32,000 nt of DNA from Thermoproteus tenax Kra 1. GTDB taxonomy: Archaea; Thermoproteota; Thermoprotei; Thermoproteales; Thermoproteaceae. Within the stretch, counting starts at the first letter, position 1. Every line of letters begins with the position of its first letter. The position numbers and the translations under genes are program-made. Below, one piece after another: positions 1-9,775 of the stretch. The stretch spans positions 1,200,001 through 1,232,000 of the forward strand of contig NC_016070.1 of assembly GCF_000253055.1 (NCBI RefSeq), read 5' to 3'. The notes under the pieces are model-generated. The model saw only the letters and a list, made by a program, of their open reading frames with translations, had not been told where the DNA came from and did not search any database.

Positions 1-115
1 TGCCCCCGCTCGGCCTAACCGCCTCAACTGTGTATTCGCCGAGAGTTCTCAACGCCTTTGCCGATCTGAAGTGCCACCCCTGCCCGTCCTCCTCAGCCAA
101 CTTGCCGTTTATCAT
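1..115 (-). CDS. Partial CDS running off the left edge, last gene of the polysaccharide operon, product unclear
   Basis: Minus-strand reading from ATG at 115 is open to the edge: MINGKLAEEDGQGWHFRSAKALRTLGEYTVEAVRPSG. It lies just downstream of the deacetylase in the same orientation. Confidence 0.4.
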   Translation of the reverse strand, partial: MINGKLAEEDGQGWHFRSAKALRTLGEYTVEAVRPSGG

Positions 116-141
116 CGGCAAAGAGTGGTGTAATACGCTGA

Positions 142-756
142 TCACTCTGCGCTCCACGCCCCCCTTAGCGCCTTCTCCAGCGTTGTAAACCTCAGCCCGA
201 GCGCCCTTAAGAAAAATACCGCCGTCTTGACTACCGGAGGTTTTTCCTGATGCATGGCCAACACCACCATCCTTGCTCTTTTTAGTTTTAGCGGAACCTT
301 GGGCAGGTGTCTGATGCCCATGCTGCCTATCGCATATGGGTTAATCGCGTCGTTCCATCTGTTCACTCTGCCCATAGTTCTGCCGTAGGCATAATACCTT
401 TTGACCACCTCGACTACGACGTCGTTGAACGAGCCGTACGGGTATGCGATTCCGCCGACCTCGCGCTTGGCCACCTCTTCGAGCTTCCGCTTCGACTCGG
501 AGACCTCTCGTTCGACCTCCTCGATGGACAGCTCCGTCAAGTCTCTATGGCTCACTGTGTGCGACCCGATCTCGTGCCCCATATCTGCCATCTCTCTGAT
601 GAGCTCAGGCCTCGTCGTCAACAGCCTCCTCCCCCTGTACTGAGTAAGCCCCGTAATTATGAAGAAGGTCGCAACGATGTCCATCTTATAAAGCATCTTA
701 GCTATCTCGTAGTGTTCGATATAACCGTCGTCGAACGTCAATACGGCGTATCTCAC
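142..756 (-). CDS. Polysaccharide deacetylase (NodB-like, carbohydrate esterase family 4 type)
   Basis: Motifs LTFDDGY and EIGSHTVSHRDL are typical of NodB-domain deacetylases. Start overlaps the upstream GT stop by 4 nt. Confidence 0.9.
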   Translation of the reverse strand: MRYAVLTFDDGYIEHYEIAKMLYKMDIVATFFIITGLTQYRGRRLLTTRPELIREMADMGHEIGSHTVSHRDLTELSIEEVEREVSESKRKLEEVAKREVGGIAYPYGSFNDVVVEVVKRYYAYGRTMGRVNRWNDAINPYAIGSMGIRHLPKVPLKLKRARMVVLAMHQEKPPVVKTAVFFLRALGLRFTTLEKALRGAWSAE

Positions 757-1919
757 ACGCCCGCCGCCTCCTTATAGACCTTTATGTAGCCCTCGGCGGT
801 CTTGCCTATGTCGAAGTGCTCCTCGGCCGCCGCAAGGGCCCTCTGGCTGAACCTTTTATACAAGCCGTCGTCTGTCAACAACGTCGTTAGCGCTTCTGCG
901 TATTCCCGCTCGTTGAACGTGTTCACCGCTAGGCCCGACCCAAAGCCTTCGACGAGCTCTATGGAGTAAGGCGCTCTATGGGCGACCACGGGCTTTCCCA
1001 AGGCGTAGGCCTCGGCTATCACATAGCCGAAGGACTCGTAAAGGCTTGGGTGTGTTAACAGCCTAGATCTGGCCATGATCTTAAGCGCGTCGACCCTCTT
1101 CAGCCAGCCGTGGAACACCACTCTATTATTTAGTTCAAACTTGGCGGCCAGCTCCTTGAGCACGGGCTCCTCGGGGCCGGAGCCAACTATGTGGAGTTTC
1201 GCGTCCTTGATCTCCTTGGCTACGTGTCGAAACGCCCTAATGAGTCTGGCGCCGCCCTTATACTCCATCAACCTGCTAACGAAAACAATATCCGGAGAGT
1301 CTCCCTTGACCTCGCCAACCTGTCTGCGTATCTTCCTCACAGATAAGCCGTTGTAGATGACCGTAGTCTTACTCTTAAGCTTATCCCTATCCTCAGGCGG
1401 TGTGTGGACCAGCGCATCGGCTAGGCAACTCTTGGATACGAAGACCAGCTTGTCGACCCTAGGCTTGGCGATCAACGATGCAAGAGCGCCGGGGAGCCTA
1501 TGTGTGATGTCGAAGAGCCTAAGCCAAATCCAGTCTCTGAGGGAGCCATAGACGCTCCTTAGGACTCCCAAGGATGGGCAACCGTGTATAGTAGCCACAG
1601 TAGAGGCGTGTCCGCTTAAGTGAGGCAGTAAGGCGAGTGCCCCGGTTGAGTCATGGATTACATCGAAACCATTCCTCTTGACAAGGCTCGTTATCTTGTT
1701 TGCATTGAGCATGAAGAACGTAACATCCTTAGGAGGAATCGACGGACTCCTGAATGTATTAATCTCAAGTCTGCCGTACTTAACGCTACTATCCTTATCG
1801 CCTCTAATGATAACCGTAACCTCAACACCACGTCGAGCGAGTTCTGTGGCTAGCTCATAATTAAAGGTGCCGACGCCGCCATATAATCCAAAGTCAAAGG
1901 CTAGTAATAATATTTTCAT
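753..1919 (-). CDS. Glycosyltransferase family 4
   Basis: N-terminal GGVGTFNYELATELARRGVEVTV and C-terminal HPSLYESFGYVIAEAYALGKPVVA, the GT-B/GT4 pattern. Confidence 0.93.
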   Translation of the reverse strand: MKILLLAFDFGLYGGVGTFNYELATELARRGVEVTVIIRGDKDSSVKYGRLEINTFRSPSIPPKDVTFFMLNANKITSLVKRNGFDVIHDSTGALALLPHLSGHASTVATIHGCPSLGVLRSVYGSLRDWIWLRLFDITHRLPGALASLIAKPRVDKLVFVSKSCLADALVHTPPEDRDKLKSKTTVIYNGLSVRKIRRQVGEVKGDSPDIVFVSRLMEYKGGARLIRAFRHVAKEIKDAKLHIVGSGPEEPVLKELAAKFELNNRVVFHGWLKRVDALKIMARSRLLTHPSLYESFGYVIAEAYALGKPVVAHRAPYSIELVEGFGSGLAVNTFNEREYAEALTTLLTDDGLYKRFSQRALAAAEEHFDIGKTAEGYIKVYKEAAGV

Positions 1920-3051
1920 CTCTTTTAAACAGTTGACTAATTATATTATTAAACTTGGATAAAAACACAAAAGGAGATAGTTCTTTGTCAAATATGGTCT
2001 TAATTTTTTCTTTAATATCGATTATACTATTGGTATTGATACTATATAATATTAACTGTAGAAGTTGATTGAGATTGTTGAATATTTTTACATTCTGAAT
2101 AAGCTCTTTATGTTTCCTTATCAAATTCTCATATCCCCTAATTGCTAATGGATTGGCTACAACCGGGTTCCCGAAGTATAACGATTGGAGTATGGTTATA
2201 GATATGCCTGTCATTTCATTTCTAATTATTAAACTTGCAGTCACCGACTCGTTGATCTTTTCAAGTAAGGAATCTGGTACATTATGATATAAGTATATAT
2301 TTTTTAAACCATAAGATTTTACCAACGGCATTGTATAGTAGGCTAGTGGTCCTGTAACTACGAAATTTATCTGGGGGAATGCCCTAGCTAGCGGTATTAG
2401 CAACTCTGTAGGGCCGCTGTATAGTAGTGCGTTATCTACGCCTGTGTTAATCTGATGGCTTTCTTCTCTGTGATTGTCGTATAGCAACATAAACGTGGGT
2501 ATTATTGTGAATACCTTTCTTGATCTCAGCGTTATTTTCCTCAGCGTCTCCGCCACTGGTTGGCTCACGGCTATTGACGCATCGCTGTTTAGAACAGTCA
2601 TCGCGTAGAACGATATTGCAAACGGCGTTTTTAGATTCTTTATGAAAACGTACCTAAGCGCGTCCTGCATCATTACTAGCTTACTGTTTAATTTGTTGGA
2701 TAGTAGTTTGCATAGTGCGAACAACCCTCTATCACCGCATAGGATTATTTCTGGGTCGTACTTTATACGAGCGATGAGGCTAACAACCGCGTCGGCCATT
2801 TTTAGGGAGTTTGCCAACTGTAGCTCGCTTTTCATGAAGTAGATTCTATTAGGAATTAGCAACTGGTCGAAGGATGTGGCATATCTCCTGTACTTGACTG
2901 TTATCTTGTCATATTTGACCTCGCTTCCCGTCAATCCTAGATGGAGCACTGTGTGACTGTATGAGAGGGCGCCTAATACGCTAAGCGTCAGCCTGGCGCC
3001 TCCATGTACTGGCGTCTTCAGGTTGTGTATTGAAAGAGCGAGTATTTTCAC
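1894..3051 (-). CDS. Diverged glycosyltransferase-like protein
   Basis: 385 aa, AT-rich codons. Contains HGGARLTLSVLGAL and a C-terminal pattern ISITILQSLYFGNPVVANPLAIRGYEN resembling GT4. Located within the GT operon. Confidence 0.7.
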   Translation of the reverse strand: MKILALSIHNLKTPVHGGARLTLSVLGALSYSHTVLHLGLTGSEVKYDKITVKYRRYATSFDQLLIPNRIYFMKSELQLANSLKMADAVVSLIARIKYDPEIILCGDRGLFALCKLLSNKLNSKLVMMQDALRYVFIKNLKTPFAISFYAMTVLNSDASIAVSQPVAETLRKITLRSRKVFTIIPTFMLLYDNHREESHQINTGVDNALLYSGPTELLIPLARAFPQINFVVTGPLAYYTMPLVKSYGLKNIYLYHNVPDSLLEKINESVTASLIIRNEMTGISITILQSLYFGNPVVANPLAIRGYENLIRKHKELIQNVKIFNNLNQLLQLILYSINTNSIIDIKEKIKTIFDKELSPFVFLSKFNNIISQLFKRDENIITSL

Positions 3052-4538
3052 CTTTGGAGGAGAAGCTCCTTTCCAAAATCGAATACTATATCATAGTTTA
3101 TATTCGTGCTATTTATTGCCGTTATTTGCGGCGCTTGCATTCCGTTGATATAAGTAAACAAGTTTATTGCACTTATTAATTTATTTATTAATATATACTC
3201 AGTTCTAAATCCCTGACTTGTATATACTATTTGTTGTATATAGTTCTTTTGTGAATATACTATCAGGTTCTGGTTTGGTGTCGTGTGGTCTATTATTATT
3301 TGCGCCTTTATCATGTCTCCAGGCGTTATAGTTATTATAGGCGTCTTATGTGCTAAGGCGTAGTCTATCGGCGATATGTTTGGATCCCTCGCCGCCAGCG
3401 GCGCCGTTATTATGAAGAGCGCCAGCGATATTAATCCGACGGCCTTAAGCACCTTGTTGCTATGCCTAATACTCCTCATAGTTAATGAGAGAGCTATGGC
3501 AGCTACTGGATATATGAATGGTAGGAATGTATATGATGGTTCATTAAACAAGTAGAAGCTTGGATTGTGTAATATTCCATATTCTATGTATATTAAGATC
3601 ACTGCAGTTATAGTCGTTAAATAGAGTGATACATGCAACATATCAACTCTTCTTTTGACTATCACGGCGTATATAATATACGCAGTCGCTACGGCCAACA
3701 CAAAAGCCCACACATATGCCTGAAGCGGCGAAACGCCCGCCCTCACATAGAGCGGTACGTAGGAAAACGTTGAACTTGAAGGATCTGCTACACTCAGGAA
3801 AAAGATATAAGCAAATTTTTTAAATAAAGATATAAATGCATTAATTAGTGGTGATATTTCATGTTCCATAATACCAGGTGTAGCTACAGCCCTTATAGTG
3901 AAGATTACAAATAGTACTACTGTTAATGCAAATAATATTAAGGTATCTCTCTTACTTATTCCTATGATATCCATACGTAATTTAACTAATATCGGAGTCG
4001 CTACTAATGGTATTAAAAACAAAGCTGCCACTATGAAGTTTAGGGCTAGAGCTGTGAGCAGGTCTAAGATAGCGCCTGTGTATAGTAGCGTTACAGCAAT
4101 AAACAACGACGGAATTCTTGCATCGTATCCTTTTAGAAATCTTATTAACAGCGCGAGAGCAAGCAATATGAGCATCGTAGAGCTCCAATGATAGGGATTT
4201 TGGTTTATGGAGGCCTCGGGGGTTATTGCGGCAAGCGGCACCGCTAACAACGCTGCTCTCTCGTCGTTTGTCAAATACTTTGTGAGTAGATAAACAGCTA
4301 TATCATATGCCAATACCCACCATAAGAATACGGTCATGCCTAGATACCAACTATACCAAGGCACTCCTAAAGCTTTTGATAAAGAGGCTTGTATAAAGGC
4401 GATAACGGGTATCGGGTTATAGGCCACGTTATGGGCCCAGGCAAAATTCCAGTGGGTTTGAGTCGCCATATAATACACCATTTTGCTACCCTCTCCTACG
4501 CCTACGTCTATCGGCGGTATATTGCCGCTCATTATCAT
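3048..4538 (-). CDS. Large multi-pass membrane protein of the glycosylation locus; probably the C-terminal part of a gene split by a frameshift
   Basis: 496 aa with many TM segments. The frame stays open upstream of the ATG back to about 4600 (QLILKPRGLALASYILQHLMIMSGNIPPID), which reads as a continuation of the 85-aa ORF. Confidence 0.75.
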   Translation of the reverse strand: MIMSGNIPPIDVGVGEGSKMVYYMATQTHWNFAWAHNVAYNPIPVIAFIQASLSKALGVPWYSWYLGMTVFLWWVLAYDIAVYLLTKYLTNDERAALLAVPLAAITPEASINQNPYHWSSTMLILLALALLIRFLKGYDARIPSLFIAVTLLYTGAILDLLTALALNFIVAALFLIPLVATPILVKLRMDIIGISKRDTLILFALTVVLFVIFTIRAVATPGIMEHEISPLINAFISLFKKFAYIFFLSVADPSSSTFSYVPLYVRAGVSPLQAYVWAFVLAVATAYIIYAVIVKRRVDMLHVSLYLTTITAVILIYIEYGILHNPSFYLFNEPSYTFLPFIYPVAAIALSLTMRSIRHSNKVLKAVGLISLALFIITAPLAARDPNISPIDYALAHKTPIITITPGDMIKAQIIIDHTTPNQNLIVYSQKNYIQQIVYTSQGFRTEYILINKLISAINLFTYINGMQAPQITAINSTNINYDIVFDFGKELLLQR

Positions 4539-4588
4539 TAGATGTTGTAATATATACGAGGCTAACGCTAGACCTCTCGGCTTAAGTA

Positions 4589-4846
4589 TTAACTGACACT
4601 GTGTTTAGCGTATATGTTGCTATAAGGATTATATACCATGGTATCGTCTCTCTGAGGTCTGTCAATAGCGTTTATAGCTAAACCTACAACAGATAGAATG
4701 AACGATATGTAGGCAAGCTTTTGGCTAATATGCTCATTGTCTGTACTATTGATATCAGAGTAATTACCGGCTGTCCACAGCAAGAGTAAATATACGGTAA
4801 CTATTATCGCGGCAAATATAGGTAAAGCTACTGCAAATGTAATCAT
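4589..4846 (-). CDS. N-terminal fragment of the same multi-pass membrane protein
   Basis: 85 aa with two TM segments, ending ...MVYNPYSNIYAKHSVS*. ATGA overlap with the upstream GT stop. Downstream ORF is in a different frame. Confidence 0.65.
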   Translation of the reverse strand: MITFAVALPIFAAIIVTVYLLLLWTAGNYSDINSTDNEHISQKLAYISFILSVVGLAINAIDRPQRDDTMVYNPYSNIYAKHSVS

Positions 4847-5982
4847 ATTATTGTCATATATGAATTAACCAGCCTCTCGGCCACTTGATCCCAAGTTATC
4901 ATCTCATTTCTTATTTTACTTAAATATAAGCTTATAGTCTTCCTCAGATGGTCGTCCTTCAGAAGTTTGATAACGGCCTTAGCTAAAGCGTCTTTGTCGT
5001 CTCTGGGTACAACTAGTCCCTCTAGTTGGTTTTTTACGTGGTATTGTAGAGTTCCTACATCTGTGACGATCGCCGGCCTTCCTCTGGCTTTAGCCTCGTA
5101 GACGAGGAGAGGGTATGACTCCCCCGCGTGTCTCGACGGCAGTACCACAAACTCCGACGCGTCTATCAAGGCTATTTTGTCTTCCTCACTTATGTAGCCT
5201 AGGTATCTGACTCTCTCTTTCACCTTAGCTGCCAACTTCAAGCTTCTTTTCAGATATTTCTCACAGCCTTTGCCCGCAATTATGAGGGTTGTGTCGGCCA
5301 CCTCATTAGCAATATCTGTATAGGCCTTGATGAGCAAGTCTAGGCCCTTGGTTGGATGTATTCTGCCTATGTATGATATTACCCTACCCTCAACGCCATA
5401 TTTCTTCCTAAATATGTCAGCCATATTAGGCAATCTTATGTATTGTTCGTCGACGCCGTGTGGCAACACTATGGCGCTTTTGCCGTATTCTCTCTGGAGC
5501 ATCTCCGCCTCTACCTCGTTGGTCACAAGCGCCAAGTCGGCGAGATTGACGGCTTTTTTCGTTATCCAATTTTGGTACTGATAGCCTAAGGTCCTTAATA
5601 TCGGATTGTAATGTCTCTTTAAGTATTTTATTCCTAAGAAAAACATAGCTATAGGTATCTGTAGATCTTTAGCTTTTTTTACTACTATATATGTAAATAA
5701 GCTGTTCTGGCTCCATCCCTGTACTATGTCTGCTGTTTTTAGCAGCTTTGTTGGGATCTCTTTGGGCATCGTTAGATCTGGGTAGTGGGCTCTCCAGGCC
5801 TTGACTCTGTGCACATGTACGCCGTTTATCTCCTCTCCGAGCTTGACCGAGTCGCCGTAGGCGCTCGTTACTACGTGTACTTCGTGTCCGAGCTTCGCCT
5901 GCTCCTCGGCCAGTTTTTTAATGGCGTTTTCTATTCCTCCTACGGTTGGATAATAGCTGTGGTGTACGTGTACTATTATCAT
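4843..5982 (-). CDS. Glycosyltransferase family 4 (start trimmed from 6054 to 5982)
   Basis: MIIVHVHHSYYPTVGGIENAIKKLAEEQAKLGHEVHVV begins at 5982 with an ATGA overlap of the upstream gene stop. C-terminal RHAGESYPLLVYEAKARGRPAIVTDVG. Confidence 0.93.
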   Translation of the reverse strand: MIIVHVHHSYYPTVGGIENAIKKLAEEQAKLGHEVHVVTSAYGDSVKLGEEINGVHVHRVKAWRAHYPDLTMPKEIPTKLLKTADIVQGWSQNSLFTYIVVKKAKDLQIPIAMFFLGIKYLKRHYNPILRTLGYQYQNWITKKAVNLADLALVTNEVEAEMLQREYGKSAIVLPHGVDEQYIRLPNMADIFRKKYGVEGRVISYIGRIHPTKGLDLLIKAYTDIANEVADTTLIIAGKGCEKYLKRSLKLAAKVKERVRYLGYISEEDKIALIDASEFVVLPSRHAGESYPLLVYEAKARGRPAIVTDVGTLQYHVKNQLEGLVVPRDDKDALAKAVIKLLKDDHLRKTISLYLSKIRNEMITWDQVAERLVNSYMTII

Positions 5983-7097
5983 CGCTGCGCTATTTCTTGG
6001 TAGAGTTTTTTGTACATTGGCATTATCCTGCTCCATGTATGTTGTCTTGCCCATTCTACGGCATTATTGCTTAACGTTCTGTGTAGGTCTTTGTTTGTGA
6101 TCAGCTCTACAACGCCTTCGGCGTACTTAACAGGGTCCGGCTCTGCGTATAGGCTTGTTCTGCCCGGCGGCGCTGCGTAGATCTGTCCCCCGCGGCCTGT
6201 TATTACGCATGGCGTCCCGTGGGCTTGTGCTTCAAGCAACGTTATTCCGAAGGGCTCGTATATCGCTGGGTGCGTCAACACTGCGGCTTTTCTGTAGAGC
6301 TCGTGTTTAGCCTCTTCGCCGACTACCCCCAGATACTCGATCTTTAATGAGTTCTTCCTGGCCTGTCTCACTATATCTTGGGCCAGCCCCTCGTCCGGAC
6401 CCGCCACGATTAATCTAGCGTCTTTTACCTGCTTATTGATATGCTTCATGGCTTTTATAAGCAGGTCTAGGTTTTTGGCTTTGCTTATTCTACCTACATA
6501 TAGTAGAGTTGCTTCGTCCTTTATGTTGTTTTGGTCTATTATACCCTCGTCAATCCCATGCGGTATCACTACGATTTTCCCCTCGCCGACGCCTATTTCA
6601 GTTAGCGTTTTCTCCTCATGCGGCGTTAGTGCTATTATCTTATCGTACTTGGTTAATACGTTCTTCAAAAATGTATCTATAAACTTGTAGTATGTCCATG
6701 TCACTATGCCTACCTGCTTCATCGTGTGGTATGGCGCATGAGGATGCAGTATTGCCCTAAATCCCAACTTGTCTTTCAACTTCGCTGTTTGAAATACGTG
6801 TGGGTGCCTCCAGGCGTGCACATGCACTACGTCGGGCCTTAGCCTTTTTATCGCTTGAGGTAGCTCTTCACTATACGTCCCGTGGCTCCAGATGAGTGTC
6901 GGCTTTAGTCTGATCACCTTTACGCCGTTTATCTCCTCCTCTCTGGGCAGTTTTCCTCTCCCTCCCTTCCTCAGCCTGTTGTAAGTCACTACGTAGACTT
7001 CGTTGTCTCTAGCTAGGTGCTCCGCCACTCTCTTAACCACCTCCTCCATCCCGCCGATTACTGGCGCGTAGAACGGCGCTATATGAATTATCTTCAT
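5979..7097 (-). CDS. Glycosyltransferase family 4
   Basis: MKIIHIAPFYAPVIGGMEEVVKRVAEHLAR and HPAIYEPFGITLLEAQAHGTPCVITGRGG. Confidence 0.95.
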   Translation of the reverse strand: MKIIHIAPFYAPVIGGMEEVVKRVAEHLARDNEVYVVTYNRLRKGGRGKLPREEEINGVKVIRLKPTLIWSHGTYSEELPQAIKRLRPDVVHVHAWRHPHVFQTAKLKDKLGFRAILHPHAPYHTMKQVGIVTWTYYKFIDTFLKNVLTKYDKIIALTPHEEKTLTEIGVGEGKIVVIPHGIDEGIIDQNNIKDEATLLYVGRISKAKNLDLLIKAMKHINKQVKDARLIVAGPDEGLAQDIVRQARKNSLKIEYLGVVGEEAKHELYRKAAVLTHPAIYEPFGITLLEAQAHGTPCVITGRGGQIYAAPPGRTSLYAEPDPVKYAEGVVELITNKDLHRTLSNNAVEWARQHTWSRIMPMYKKLYQEIAQR

Positions 7098-7244
7098 GGT
7101 CTCTCGGCACTAGAATGGAGTCCCATTTACGCCGTTATCTCAGTTAAAGTCCTTGGAGGTATTCCCTTCGGCAACCTCGCGCCCCCTCGCTAGTGCGCCC
7201 ACTGCCGCCTCTAGGGCTTTAACGCGCTTGGGACAGAGCCGTCA

Positions 7245-7832
7245 TCATGAGCAGAAGTGTGGATAGCTATGCGCCCTCATTCTGAAAATTTTGACCTTTC
7301 TGACAAGGGCCGTCGTTAATAGGGCTATCGTCAGGGCGTTGGTGGATATCAATACGGGTCCGAGCCCAATACCCCACGGCGTGTAGTTCAACGCTAGGCC
7401 TATCAACGGCAGTACAGCGAAACTAAGGCCTATCGCTAGAGCTAGTCTCTCCAGTGGACTTAGCTCGTCGCCCCTTGGGTATAGCGTTTCGACTATAGCA
7501 TAGCCAGGTAAAAAGAGGAGCATCAATGCTCCTAGTATGTACCGCACATAGATGAGAGGCGGCTCTGTTACCAAGGTCACAACAAATACTGAGGCCGCTA
7601 CTAGGGCTATAGAGAGCCAGTACCAAGCGCTCTCGATACTGAAGATATAGGCTATAGCGCTCCTGGGGGCTCCCTCCAGCTCCACCTCGCCCCTCTTCCA
7701 CATCATAAATAGCTCGTAGGCTACCAAGCCCTTTGGCACGCCGAGGCTTCTTGATACTTCATCGACTACCTCAGCCACGCTAGAACACACTCTCTTGGCT
7801 AGGACTCTTTCTAACTCTTCTCTCACCTTCAT
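7245..7832 (-). CDS. DUF1616-like membrane protein (start trimmed to 7832)
   Basis: MKVREELERVLAKRV... starts in an ATGA overlap with the upstream ORF stop (7829). C-terminal TM block includes LLFLPGYAIVETLYPRGDELSPLERLALAIGLSFAVLPLIGL. Confidence 0.75.
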   Translation of the reverse strand: MKVREELERVLAKRVCSSVAEVVDEVSRSLGVPKGLVAYELFMMWKRGEVELEGAPRSAIAYIFSIESAWYWLSIALVAASVFVVTLVTEPPLIYVRYILGALMLLFLPGYAIVETLYPRGDELSPLERLALAIGLSFAVLPLIGLALNYTPWGIGLGPVLISTNALTIALLTTALVRKVKIFRMRAHSYPHFCS

Positions 7833-8728
7833 CGCTTGTTTGGCGTAGGTTTTGTTACATTTATCCAAATCTGTACGTAGTCGCCTGTGTATATCAGAGT
7901 CATGTTGTCGGGGCTGTACATCCACAACTCGCCCACAAGTCTGTACCTGCCCGTGGAGTTGGGGACTACTACTATGGGGATCACCCACGACTCGTTATAA
8001 GGCAATATCCTTTGGTACACAGCTATCGGTGTGACGTTTAGAGGAGGTAGGGACGTCGTGTTTACGAAGTAGAGCTTTACCACGTACCAAGTGGGCACGC
8101 CCATGTGGTTATAGACGTAGACGTAGAGCTTTATAGGCTGGTGGAGAGCCGCAGCGGTGGGATAGCCGCCTATCTTCATGTCGGGCCCCAACAGCCCTAT
8201 TGCCGAGAACGGCTGGTTGTATTTGTTGAGCACTACCGGAGACACAGCCATTATCACTGCCACTACGAACACCGCCAGTAAGACTGCGGCAACCTCTGCG
8301 TCGAACAGCAAGGACCTAGCCCTCCCGTCTCCTCCGCCTCTTACTCTGTCGTTCCCCCTGAGCCGAAGCCACAGGGCTCCGATGAGCTCACGCCTTTTTA
8401 GATAGAGCAGGGCGGCGGCCGCTACGGCGAGTGCCAGCGCGACGATGTTAATAGCCATGTCAATAAGATAGTGCGCCCGCGCCTGTGGAAGCTCTGTGCG
8501 AGCCTCTTGGAGCAAGCTCTCCAGCAGAGAGGACGCGTTGATCCCATGTCCTGTCTCCTGAAGGTAGAGAGCTCTATTTAGGGCATCGACCATATTTGTG
8601 ACGTTGTACCCTAATTTGCTCAACTCGACAATATAGCGGTAGGCCTCCAAGTAGCTTTCAAGGCTCATCGCGAATGCTGGCGTAACAATCAACATCAAAA
8701 CGAGCGCCAGTAAGTAAGCACGTCCCAT
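7829..8728 (-). CDS. Membrane/secreted protein paired with the DUF1616-like gene
   Basis: Signal-like N-terminus MGRAYLLALVLMLIVTPAFA, internal TM segments, extracytoplasmic domain NKYNQPFSAIGLLGPDMKIGGYPTAAAL. Coupled to the next gene by a 4-nt overlap. Confidence 0.75.
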   Translation of the reverse strand: MGRAYLLALVLMLIVTPAFAMSLESYLEAYRYIVELSKLGYNVTNMVDALNRALYLQETGHGINASSLLESLLQEARTELPQARAHYLIDMAINIVALALAVAAAALLYLKRRELIGALWLRLRGNDRVRGGGDGRARSLLFDAEVAAVLLAVFVVAVIMAVSPVVLNKYNQPFSAIGLLGPDMKIGGYPTAAALHQPIKLYVYVYNHMGVPTWYVVKLYFVNTTSLPPLNVTPIAVYQRILPYNESWVIPIVVVPNSTGRYRLVGELWMYSPDNMTLIYTGDYVQIWINVTKPTPNKR

Positions 8729-8811
8729 TTGGCGGAACGCCTCGTTAATATTTTTGTTCGCCCAAGGCGCAGTTGGCCGACGCCATCTGCAAACTCAGAC
8801 TACGCGCGAGC

Positions 8812-9192
8812 TCATAGCTTTCCAGACAACGGCCATATTGAGAGCAATACGGCTCCTATCTCTATAGCCCTCCACCTCCTCGGCGTGTTTAATATCTGTA
8901 GGCCCAACGCGAGCGCCCTCTCCTCGTCTACCTCGACCCCCCTCTCCCTGGCCACGGCCCTCCCCAGGGCTATTGCCTTTAGGCGGAGGGGGGCCACCAG
9001 CTGTAGCACCTCCTTCACCGCACTCTCGAGGGCGGCGAGGAGGGTCTGCGACTTTATCCTCCCGCCCCTCCTCAGGAAGAGGATGGTGGCCTCTATCAGC
9101 GCCCTGGCGGTGGGGCTCACGAAACGCCAGACGCCTAGGCGCAGCGCTCTTGCCCTCAGCGCGACGAGCCTCAGCCCCACCGCCAGCGACAT
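8812..9192 (-). CDS. Hypothetical protein, 126 aa
   Basis: ATG at 9192 with a TATA-like CTTAAAAATACC about 25 nt upstream on the minus strand. Confidence 0.6.
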   Translation of the reverse strand: MSLAVGLRLVALRARALRLGVWRFVSPTARALIEATILFLRRGGRIKSQTLLAALESAVKEVLQLVAPLRLKAIALGRAVARERGVEVDEERALALGLQILNTPRRWRAIEIGAVLLSIWPLSGKL

Positions 9193-9775
9193 GCCGTATT
9201 AAAGGTGGGGTATTTTTAAGTTTAGCAGTTTCCCTTTAGGTAGTAGCTGAGCTGGTCTCTCGCTGTGTCTTGGTTGTGCGGAAGCAGAGCTCCGTATCTT
9301 CCGCGTGTCCGCCAGGAGTGGGGGCTTCGGCGGGTCTGAAGCGCTCCTGGTCGAGCTCGGCCGTTATCCTCCCTTTGTCTGTCTCCACTGCGATGCCTTT
9401 GTCCTGCGGCTCGTGTTGGAGCGCTCGTCTAGCGTGAGTCTGTCCACCTTTCCAGAATCTGACTCCGTAGGCCGGCGATTTGTCGGGCTCGGTGGGGTCG
9501 CCCACCCCTCGCCGCCTGCCAACACCTCTATCCCTCTGACCTTCCAGCCGTCCTCCTTTAGGCCGATTGGGATGTACGTGAGCACGGAGTTCGTCCTCGT
9601 GGAGCCTTGATCGTGGAGCCGGGGGTTCCCCTCTCCGCCAGTGGCCGGCGGCGATGTCCTCCACGTGGGGCTGGTCTGCGAAGGCGTTGCCTACATTATC
9701 CTGTCCGCTTCGCCCATCTTGAGCCTCATGACTTGGCACGCCAGCTCGTGGGGCCCCGCTTTTAAGGTCAGGGAG

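Noticed and set aside
7098-7250. Minus-strand ATGATGA ... CTGA in the spacer before the GT operon as a C/D-box sRNA
   Set aside because: The C-to-D distance is about 105 nt, too long for an archaeal C/D sRNA.
7245-7988. Extended N-terminus of the DUF1616-like ORF (start 7988)
   Set aside because: The extension lies out of frame inside the upstream gene; the ATGA overlap at 7829-7832 gives the coupled start.
8729-9202. 157-aa plus-strand ORF and other long antisense ORFs in GC-rich regions (e.g. 9641..10060, 11025..11672, 12162..12770, 16667..17398, 18895..19488, 29580..30722)
   Set aside because: They lie opposite well-supported genes or are low-complexity Arg/Pro/Ser-rich translations of complementary GC-rich codons, with no recognisable domain.
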